Assembly: GCF_006345805.1 (NCBI RefSeq)
Contig: NC_043016.1
Coordinates: 18,600,001 to 18,664,000 of the forward strand
DNA length: 64,000 nucleotides
Direction: 5' to 3'
Origin: Octopus sinensis
Lineage: Eukaryota
The first letter of the stretch is position 1; each line of letters starts with the position of its first letter. Made by a program: the position numbers and the translations under genes. Positions 38,578 through 49,020 of this stretch are shown here, piece by piece. The notes under the pieces are model-generated. The model ran no database searches, was not told the DNA's origin, and worked only from the letters and a program-made list of their open reading frames with translations.

Positions 38578-38992
38578 AAGGGCAGGAGTGGCTGGTGGTG
38601 GTAAGTAGCTTGCCAACTAACAAACACATGGTTCCGGGTTCAGTCCCACTGCGTGGCCATCTTGGGAAGTGTCTTCTGCTATAGCCCGGGCCGACCACAT
38701 GCCTCGTGAGTGGAGAATTGGTAGACGGAAACTGCAAGAAGCCTGTCGTATATATGTATATATATGTATGTGTGTGTTGTGTTTGTGTGTCTATGTTTGT
38801 CCCCCTAGCATTGCTTGACAACCGATTGCTGGTGTGTTTACGTCCCGTCTTAGTGGTTCGGCAAAAGAGACCGATAGAATAAGTACTGGGCTTACATAGA
38901 ATAAGTCCCGGGTCGATTTGCTCGACTAAAGGCGGTGCCCCAGCATGGCCGCAGTCAAATGACTGAAACAAGTAAAAAGAGTAAAAGAGTAA
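38578..38992 (+). mobile_element. SINE-A
   Basis: Full-length similarity, with small indels. Confidence 0.9.
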
Positions 38993-38993
38993 A

Positions 38994-39164
38994 ATATGGT
39001 GTGTTATGTGAATTTATGGAAAGAATTCCCATTAAAACTCAACAATTTTGATAAAAATGGAGAAGAGATGTAAACATATATGAGAATTGTAAAATTCTCA
39101 TATTTTAACGTCTCGTCTCCATTTTATGGGATATCTTTCCATAAATTCACGTAACACACCATAT
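38994..39164. repeat. Fold-back palindrome (~75-bp arms, 4-nt loop)
   Basis: tatggtgtgttatgtgaatttatggaaaga...gagaatt-gtaa-aattctc...tctttccataaattcacgtaacacaccata. Confidence 0.85.
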
Positions 39165-39596
39165 ACAAGTATTATTTTCATATTCGCAAATTTACGCCGG
39201 AAACCTACTAGCAAAAATATGAAGAATCTATATTAGAATTATATTTTTTTGATACCTCCAAATTAAAGGACGAATCTCATTCAACCTTTTTACACACACA
39301 TATATGTATGTATCCTTCTGTTGAAGAGCTTAGGCTCGAAACGTAAAAGACTGTTTTATTTCTATTCCTCGAGCGCCTACAATACTAATACATGTTGTTT
39401 GTACTCCACCTGCCTTCGTCTTTTGTTTATTTTCGCAAACCTTCCCGTTATATGTATGTATATATATATATTAATATGTGTGTGTGTGTGTGTGATGTGT
39501 GTGTGTGTGTGTGTGTGTATGTGTTTGTGTGTATATGTATATGCATGTGTGTGTGCTTATGTTACATGTATATTTGCATGTATGTGTATATATATG

Positions 39597-39890
39597 TGAA
39601 GGTGTGTGGCTTAGTAGTTAAGGTATTCGGCTCGCGATTTTAAGGTGGAGAGTTCAATTTCCGGCGACGCGTTGTGTTCTTGAGCAAGACTTTTTATTTT
39701 ACATTGCACCAGTCCATTCAACTGGCAAAAATGAGCAGTATCATTAATTCAAACTGGATGGCCTCGTCACATTCTGTGCCACGCTGAATGTCCTTTAGAA
39801 TGTCCTTTAGAACTACGTTAAGGCAACGAGCAGGTTGTTATGTTGATCAGGTCAACTGGAACAGTCATCGCCATAACCGACGGAGTGCCA
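39597..39890 (+). mobile_element. SINE-B, head 1 + tail C, diverged
   Basis: Similarity to 31674-31990. Confidence 0.8.
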
Positions 39891-40303
39891 TATATATGCA
39901 TATATGTATTTATATATCTCTAATATGTATATATACATCCATATATATATTATATATATAATGTGGATGATATACATATAATGTATGTATATTATATACA
40001 TGTGGATTGTATATATAATATATATGTATGTATATATATATATATACTTTCGTTTTTGGATCTCCACTTATAGAAATGGAAAAAACGGTCTTTGACTGCC
40101 ATTTCTAATTCCTTCGTATGAGCGAAAACGAAACAGCTTGCTGCTAGCTAACTTATTTTTCTTTACTATATATATAATATATATATATAATATATATATA
40201 TATAATATATATATATATATACATATGTATGTATGTATAAATATATATATATAATATATATATGTATATATTTCTATATCTACACACACATATACACATG
40301 CAC

Positions 40304-40364
<61 letters not shown>

Positions 40365-40635
40365 GTACATATATACATATCTACACATGCAACTTAAATT
40401 TTCATCGGCTCTTTACACAAGCCTACGAAACTGAGTTGCATAGAACCGAATCAAGCTGTTATCAAATACTAATTTATGTTCTGAGTTCATATTTCGCCGA
40501 GGTGGACTCTACTTTTCATCCTTTCGGGGACCAATGTAATCGACTACTCCCTCTCCCGTAAATCCAGATACGAACAAAATATGTTGCGCACCTTTTCTGT
40601 ACACTCACTCATATGTAAGAAGTTTTCAGTCTACA

Positions 40636-40725
<90 letters not shown>

Positions 40726-40971
40726 TGTGTGTGTAGTTGAAATTTATAGAGAGACAAAAGACGATGACAGATGTATGAACAACAAGCAAGTATAATAGTT
40801 TGACGTTCGGGAAAAATGAAAAAGTTTTTAACGTTTCGAGTCTATGCTCTTCAACAGAAAGAAATAAGAAAATATAAATAGTGAAAGAATGAAAAAAAAA
40901 CTTGTAAATTTCAGCGGTCCAATATATATATATGTGTGTGTGTAGAGAGAGAGAGAGGGGGGGAGAAAAGT

Positions 40972-41021
<50 letters not shown>

Positions 41022-41278
41022 ATAGAGATGCATCGCGCTTGTAGAGAGAGCCTCTACACAATTGTTCGATCAGCTAGAAATAACACCCAGATCACTCTCA
41101 AAGCACATGTTATTTTAAAAAAGGGAACAACACGAACAGTTTCTGTTGGGGGCTTTATATTGTTTCGAAGTCGAATACAATTGAAGGAATGTCTATGAGA
41201 AAGCAAGGAATATTATTGCTATAGATATGACACGAAACTAAAGCCTAAATACCGCGTATATTTATATCTATATATATA

Positions 41279-41842
41279 TTAGGTTGTCCGGAAAGTTCGT
41301 GCCGATTTATAGTAGCTTACATTTCGATTTATTTTAGAACATGGTTGAGTCCATAAAATAGGATTTGACTACACCTCCATTTAGAGCACAGTTTAAGCTA
41401 TCTTTTTGTGGAATAAGGTTTATGTTTCTATAACCTGTGTTAATTCTGTAACCCTTTGAAATGGAAGATAAGAAAGTTCATTTTCGGTACTTGATGCTTT
41501 GGGAACTAGACAAAAGTTGCTGCAGCTCGGCTGGGATGAGTTACCTCACCCTCCATATTCACCAGATATTGCTCCTTCGGATTTCCACTTATTCAGGTCT
41601 CTGCAGAATAGTCTTAATGATAAAAAATTCAATTCCTTGGATGATGTAAAAAGATACCTTGATGAATTCTTTGCTATGAAACTACCTCAATTCTGGGAAG
41701 AGTATTTTCAAGCTAAAGGAAAGATGGAGACACATTGTGCACAAATGGTTCATATTTGGTTGATTATAAAAATGTAATGGCAAGTATTTATTGACTTTTT
41801 TCTTTCCTTCAAAAATCGGCACAAACTTTCCCGACAACTCTA
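41279..41842 (+). mobile_element. Internally deleted mariner element
   Basis: 30-bp imperfect TIRs (ttaggttgtccggaaagttcgtgccgattt / aaatcggcacaaactttcccgacaactcta) in TA context; MEDKKVHFR start joined to PHPPYSPDIAPSDFHLFRSLQN. Confidence 0.9.
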
Positions 41843-41918
41843 TATCTATATATATATATATAGATATATAGATGTATGTGTGTGCGCGTGTGTGTATTTA
41901 TATTTATATATATATATA

Positions 41919-42136
41919 TTTCTTTATTGCCCACACAGAAGGGGACAAACAAGGACAGACAAACGGGTTAAGTCGATTGCATCGACCCCAGTGCGAAACT
42001 GGCACTTTATTTATCGACCCCGAAAGGATGAAAGGCAAAGTCGACCTCGGCGGAATTTGAACTCAGAAGGTAACGACACACGAAATACTGCTAAGCATTT
42101 CGCCCGGCGCGCTAACGTTTCTGCCAGCTCGCCGCC
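41919..42136 (-). mobile_element. SINE-C
   Basis: Reverse complement, with intact 5' head ggcggcgagctggcag. Confidence 0.85.
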
Positions 42137-43399
42137 TTAAAATAAGTATTTATATATATATATGTGTGCGCGAATGTATACACACACAGATTCACACCTA
42201 TGTATATATTTGTATAGGTATGTATATATTGGTAATAATTAATAAGGTTAGTCAAAAGAAATGAAGGAAGTGTTCAAAGCGCGTATGGTGTATTTATATC
42301 CAGTTGCAGAACGTCTGCCTATTGAATACGTTTTATTCATAAGGCGCATGTTATTATTGAAACTTGTATTTTTTATGTAAGTGAAAACATCTTTATGAAA
42401 ACTTGAATGTTTGAAATTGCACACTTCTTTGAGTAAAATATACAAAGAGGGAATTACGTCTGCTTTTGTGCGTGCGTGTATTATTATTTTTTTTTCCTGT
42501 TGCATTGTATAGCTGAAAACTTTGTTTAGTATTTATTCTTGTGCGACACATTCACACCCAAATCATTCGTTTGTTTTCTCGTAGACAACATTCTACCGAT
42601 TGAATTCGGCTTCGATACAATACAAAACCAAAAATAAATAAATAAATAAAAATAAGAAATAAAAACAAGCCAGCAGCTCGAGTCTTTCATTTTCTTGCAA
42701 CAATAAAGTATACTTTGAGAGGGACTTGGTTGCTATTTCTAGCTGGTTAGTCGGCTATATCGTGGTTCTCTCCATTAATGCGATTCATCTGTAGGTTTGC
42801 GAGTCGCATAGACAACACTGTTTACAGCCGGGCCATAATTGGCAGAGTTGTCAGGGCCATTGCCAGAATGCTCTGCTATATATTGTTCCGGATCTTACCG
42901 TTCTGAGTGCTAATCTCACCGAGGTCTCAACTTGCTTTTAATCAATTAAAAATGTCAGTTACTACGATAGATCCTTCTTTCTCATTCTCCTTTATCGTTC
43001 TTTCTTCTCTCCCCGCCTTTCCTAGAATCAATCCTACCCACTTAGTTATAGGTTTTCAACTCAAGATGTCAGTCGGTGCAAATTTGCGTTATAAAAGAGT
43101 GTTAAGCCTATAGCAAAAGTTCTCAATGTGGGCTGTGCTGCCCACAAGCAGCCGCCGGACATATCGAAAAGGGTGTTAGGGAGAGTAAGAGGGCTGATGA
43201 GATAATATAATTAGCACATTAAATTTTACTTTAGTAGTAATTATATCATACACGATAAAACCAGTGATGGTTATTTGTTTATTAAATAAAATGAGATCTC
43301 ATAGGCACAGGAAAGTAATTAACTTGCAATGTATAAAGTAAAATTACAACTTAGTCTTTATCAATTTAATATCATTTCAATTTCTGTTAAAAGCTTATA

Positions 43400-43770
43400 C
43401 ATTGAAAGCTACAACAGTGCCAGAACGGGACGACATTGCATAGTGCAAAAGATCCCAGCAATGCCATCACACTTCAGGACCAGTTACTGCAACAGCCTGG
43501 GTTTCAAGGGCCTACAGCTTTTTAATATTCTCCCAAGAGTCTGAGGAATTTGCACAAAGTAGATGTAGGGGTTTTTAAATCAAGCTGGACCTCTTCCTGT
43601 CGAGAGTCCCAGATGACCTACCTCACGGCAAGAGGTGCAAATGAGAGTAGCTATATCAACTCCATTCTTCACCAAGTGCCACATATTAGGAGGCTCTTAG
43701 TAATAACAGTGTAGCACAAACGACGGCGGTGCATCAGCATGGCCGCAGCTCTGAACTGAACTAAGATTTA
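43400..43770 (+). pseudogene. CR1/L2-like LINE 3' end with a tail shared with SINE-A
   Basis: YCNSLGFKGLQLFNILP...LDLFLSRVPD; tail ggcggtgcatcagcatggccgcag. Confidence 0.8.
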
Positions 43771-44444
43771 AAAATCATTTTTAGAGTAAAATTTATAAAT
43801 TATCATCCATGTTAAGTTAGTTTAGACATGACACCCTCGTTTACCACTTAAATAGGGACTCATATAACAATACTTAAAAGGAAGGGGCGCAACAAAAAGA
43901 AGAAAAAGAGGTTAGGACCCATTGAACTTGAGGCTAGTAACATCTTCATATTGCAAAGAGCTGTGTTGCTGACATATCGTCGTCCAAAAAAAAAACAAAA
44001 TAGAATCTGGCATACTCTAAGCAGATATGTCACGCGCATGAGGACCGAAATTCAACTGAGTACTAAGGACTACAAAACGGACTAAGTACTAAAAGATGCC
44101 ATGACCCACTGGGATTTACGAGACCGTACGTTTGATACTTAAGCTAAAGTCTACAGAAAATATGATGGCGATTTAACGCGCTGGAAAGGAAACGAGATGG
44201 CGAAAATGAGATATTGTTTGGTTTATCGCGAGATCTATGAGTATATGAACGCATCCGTACCTTGTACACATCACATATGCTTAAACCCTCACCGTATACA
44301 CCCACTTCTAGTACATAAATAACGACACATTACAGATAACAGGATTTATATAAACTCAACCGTAATACACATATAGACACGTCACAATCCACATACGTAT
44401 AAACATATATATACACACGCACTCACACACACACACACACACAT

Positions 44445-44489
<45 letters not shown>

Positions 44490-44493
<4 letters not shown>

Positions 44494-44644
44494 CTTTACT
44501 ACCCACAAGGGGCTAAACATAAAGGGGACAAACAAGGACAAAAAAAAGGGATAAAGTCGATTACATCGACCCAGTGCGAGACTGGTACTTTATTTATCGA
44601 CCCCGAAAGGATGAAAGGCAAAGTCGACCTCGGCGGAATTTGAA
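44490..44644 (-). mobile_element. SINE-C, 5'-truncated
   Basis: Body and tail similarity. Confidence 0.8.
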
Positions 44645-44654
44645 TATATATATG

Positions 44655-44695
<41 letters not shown>

Positions 44696-44697
44696 CG

Positions 44698-44797
44698 NNN
44701 NNNNNNNNNNNNNNNNNNNNNNNNNNNNNNNNNNNNNNNNNNNNNNNNNNNNNNNNNNNNNNNNNNNNNNNNNNNNNNNNNNNNNNNNNNNNNNNNN
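44698..44797. other. Assembly gap (100 N)
   Basis: Run of N between (TG)n and (GA)n tracts. Confidence 1.
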
Positions 44798-44829
44798 AGA
44801 GAGAGAGAGAGAGAAATAGAGATAGATAG

Positions 44830-45087
44830 AGAGAGAGAATGACGGGGAGAGTGAGAGGGAACGAGTGAGTGACTGAGAGAGATAGAGAGAGATAGAGAGA
44901 GAGAATGACGGGGAGAGTGAGAGGGAACGAGTGAGTGACTGAGAGAGATAGAGAGAGATAGAGAGAGAGAATGACGGGGAGAGTGAGAGGGAACGAGTGA
45001 GTGACTGAGAGAGATAGAGAGAGATAGAGAGAGAGAATGACGGGGAGAGTGAGAGGGAGCGAGTGAGTGACTGAGAGAGATAGAGAG
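44830..45087 (+). repeat. 66-bp GA-rich minisatellite, about 4 copies
   Basis: aatgacgggg recurs at 44838, 44904, 44970, 45036. Confidence 0.9.
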
Positions 45088-45608
45088 TGCTATGAAAAAA
45101 ATAAAAGATGAACAGATGAATAGATGCATAAATAAATGCACACACATAAATTTGCATATCGGTGTTTGCCTATTTCGAATGCATAGACACAGGTAGATGT
45201 GTATATAATTTCTCACTCGACACTCTTTTCAGGAATTGTTTATTAGATGTGTATATAATTTCTCACTCGACACTCTTTTCAGGAATTGTTTATTAGATTT
45301 TACAACTTTTTAAACTTTATTTATTTCTGGATCTTATTAATTAATTTATCTTTTACATTCATCGACATATACACGCATATATATATATATTATATATATA
45401 ATATATATATATATATATGTTCACACAGAAGCGGCTGTGTGCCACATGCATTTGCGCACATTTTAAAGTTCATGTCTATTAGTGCACACGCATATTTATG
45501 TATAAAAATAAGCGTATATAAGGGTGTCTATATGCATATATATATATATATATATTATATATTATATAAGCATAAACACAAACACATATAAACAAGTATC
45601 TATCTATT

Positions 45609-45676
<68 letters not shown>

Positions 45677-45699
45677 CACACATACACACATATACATAG

Positions 45700-46800
45700 G
45701 GGAGTATTCACAAACAACAAAAGACGGAGACAGGTGGTGTTTAACGCTGGGGAAGCGAAAAAGTCTTTAACGTTTCGGGCCTATGCCGTTCCACAGAGAG
45801 GAACACAGAAAGAAACAAGGAGAGAAAATGAAGAATGTGTAGTGGCTAGCGGTCTTTTATGGCGAAAGCCGGACAGAGGGGCCACACAGGAGATCTAGGA
45901 AGGAGAGATAATAAAGTAATGGTGATCCCAAAACGATGGTGCGAGTGCGTGTGTATAAGAGAGTATGTATATGCATGTGGAAGAGGGCTGGTGACCTTGA
46001 CGTGTGCGCGTGTGTATGTGTAGGTGTGTGGATGTGAGTCGGGGAAGTGGTCAGTGCTAGTGTGTGTGTGGTGGTGTGATGTGATGTGATGTAGAGTTGT
46101 GTGGTATGGTGGTGTATTGTGTAGTGGTGCGTGGTGTGGTGTGATGGTGTTGGAAGGTGGGGGTGGCGAGAGTGGGGAAAGCAAGGGTGGGGAAAGCAAG
46201 GGTGGGGTGTAGGTTATGCTGAGGTGTTTCGCGAACCGGTCAGCCAAGCGGCGTCCCGTTTTTCCGATATATATAGAAGGGTAGAAAGAGAAGAGATGAA
46301 GTAGATGACTTTGGTGGAAGTGCCGGTGAAGGAATCGGTGATGTGATAGGGTCGATGATGGGTGCCGGTGAGGAGGATGTTGTTGGAGAGGTAAGGAAAA
46401 GTGCGGCAGTGTGGGAGGGAGCAGGGGAACGAGCCGGGTTGGGAGGTTGGACTTCGGAAGAAGCTGTGGACCAAGAGGTCTCGTAGGTTGTGGGCTTGTT
46501 TGAAGTAGGGGAGGGGTCGGTTAGGGAAGATGTGCGAAGTGGAGGGGGTCGGACTGGAGTCGCCGGAAGGCTCGAAGAATGGTGCATTGGAGAGGTAGGG
46601 TGGTGGGGTGGAAGGTGAGAGGAAACGAGAGACGGCGGGGTTGGGTTCGCGGGGGGGGGGGTGCGATGCACGATCCACATAGCGTGCTCTGGCAAGGGAG
46701 GTGGGGATAGTGGTGAGGGATATCCACGTTAGAGTGAAGTGGCGAGCCATGAGTTGTGACTGAGTCTCAAAGTCATGGTCGTCACTGCAGAGCCTGCGTA
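45700..46800 (-). mobile_element. Penelope-like element 3' part: GIY-YIG endonuclease remnant plus pLTR-like tail
   Basis: ORF 46214-46813: LRRLCSDDHDFETQS...NLRDLLVHS...C..C...ITDSFTGTSTKVIYFIS...LYI; the tail at 45700-45960 matches dispersed fragments at 39318-39450, 40735-40865, 63870-64000. Confidence 0.8.
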
Positions 46801-46808
46801 GACAGAGG

Positions 46809-46850
<42 letters not shown>

Positions 46851-46893
46851 ATATCTATAGTGTATATGTATGTATGTATATATATAATATATA

Positions 46894-46952
<59 letters not shown>

Positions 46953-46959
46953 TATATAT

Positions 46960-47217
46960 TTGTTAATATTTCGGAATGGTCATTTTTGCCAGTTTAGTCA
47001 ATACAAAACAACGCATATATTTTGGTGGTGTTACTTGCTTCAGTGTTTATTTATTTTACATTAATCTTAATCTTATTTCGGACAGAGTTCTTTCGTCACA
47101 CTCATGTGACCGCATCAGTGGTCTTTGTTTTCTTCTTTCTTATTTGTGTCTCTCCTTACTAACCGTCAGCCATTTCATTGGCTAAACTGGCAAAATGAGC
47201 ATTCCGAAAATAACATA
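46960..47217. mobile_element. MITE-like element with ~40-bp inverted repeats in TA context
   Basis: tgttaatatttcggaatggtcatttttgccagtttagtcaat / attggctaaactggcaaaatgagcattccgaaaataaca. Confidence 0.65.
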
Positions 47218-47315
47218 CATCTGTTTCAACATCAAACACGAATTCACATAAAAAATCTTGCACAACAAATATATAAACGTATATATACACACACACAATA
47301 TATATATATATATAA

Positions 47316-47367
<52 letters not shown>

Positions 47368-47439
47368 TATATATATATAAGCACACACACACAAATACCC
47401 GCAAGCATTATACGAAAATATTGTCATACAAGATTGTCA

Positions 47440-47960
47440 TACAAGATGTTCGTGGGTTAAGAAGCTTTTTCAGCAGGAACCACAAGTACTACAACCCACA
47501 TAACGCCAAAGTGACCTACTCCTGCTTAGGCCACATCACCTCTAATATTGCACGCGATAACAGATGCAAACATGCACCTGCACAACTGCCAACCGCAACT
47601 TGCAACTGTCGAAAACCTATAAGCAGCCCTCTGGTGGGATATTGTCTCTCATGGCTGTAGTCTACAGAACCACTCTCATATCATTCGATGGCATCACAAA
47701 GCACTACACGAGCATGGCAGCCGATGATGCAAAGACTGAGTGAATTCCACATCTTTGACTCGCTTCTTCTGGAGGCTCCGTCGCCTCTTGAATGAAATAC
47801 CTAGCATCGAATGGACCATCATTGACAGGACACCGCCCTGTTAAGCCGACGCCCACAGTCGCCAGCTCTGCCTCCGTGAAAGACTGCACATCTTCCATCA
47901 ACCACTAGCATCTATCAACAAGAATATGAACTATACTATAGCTCTCACTAGAGGCACACC
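47440..47960 (+). pseudogene. Second Penelope-like GIY-YIG remnant (different family)
   Basis: AKVTYSCLGHITSNIAR...CNCRKPISSPLVGYCL...IEWTIIDR...QLCLRERLHI...INK, with stops and frameshifts. Confidence 0.7.
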
Positions 47961-48861
47961 CTCCTGGTGAACTTCAAATTAAGGGCTGCCGACAACCCAG
48001 ATGTTTCACCTTGACATCGGCTTTTCTCCTATACTGGTTGCTTCACAACTAAGGACAGGGTTCCCAACCATCAATAACCTACGCAGAATTCAAACTGACC
48101 CCAGGACATTATTCACCCCTTGCAACTCCTGCTTTCGCCTCCACAAACGTGGCATGCACACTTAAACACACAGATGTCTCTGTGCATACACGCCGATACA
48201 CATCCACATACACACACAAACATACGTAAATTCACATACATGCATTATTTACTTATTGTAGGTACATTCCTTACCGCTTCCTTCCCACCACACCATAAAA
48301 CCTCAGTCCAACGCTAATTTCTCTCCCACCCAGCATCCACACTAGCATGTATCTCATACACAAACATACATAAATACCAAAACCACGGGCATATGTATGT
48401 GCTCGTGTGTGTGTGTATGTATGTATGTAAGATTGTATGTATGTATGTGTATGTGTGTATATTTATGTGTATATATGTGTGTGTATATTTATACACGCAC
48501 ACACACACACACACACACACAACAGCTAAAAACATCTGCACGCACCCAAGCATGTTCTCCAAGACAAATATGCATGCAAAAACGCAAAAATATACATATT
48601 TATATACACGCGCTCACACGAACACCACAACCAACGCCATAACCGCATCCGCGTGTTCATATATACAAACACACACACAAACACACACACACACAAACAC
48701 ATACACATCGGCCTTGCTTCTGCCGGCCCCTCAAACACTGAGAAGCCACCAGCTTCCTGTCTGGCTACACGATCCGAGAAATTCTCCTCGCTAACGGAAC
48801 TTCTGTCACTAAGTCGTCGATATTACTGTGACAACATGTGACCTGCCATGACAGATACCTC

Positions 48862-49018
48862 TTGCAGTCGTTTGACTGCGGTCATGCTTGATACCGCATT
48901 GAAGGGTTTTGGTCGAGCAAATCGATCTCAGGACATTTTTTAAAGCCTAGTTCTTATTCTATCTGCATCTTTTGCGCAACAGTTAATTTACGGGGAATGT
49001 AAACACACCATCATCAGT
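48862..49018 (-). mobile_element. SINE-A 3' half abutting the truncated RTE end
   Basis: gactgcggtcatgc...gagcaaatcga...ttattctatc. Confidence 0.65.
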
Positions 49019-49020
49019 CC

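Noticed and set aside
45195-45298. Exact 50-bp tandem duplication
   Set aside because: Ordinary slippage or assembly duplication; no further structure.
46158-46206. G-quadruplex-capable G-runs
   Set aside because: Low-complexity sequence within the Penelope remnant; no evidence of function.
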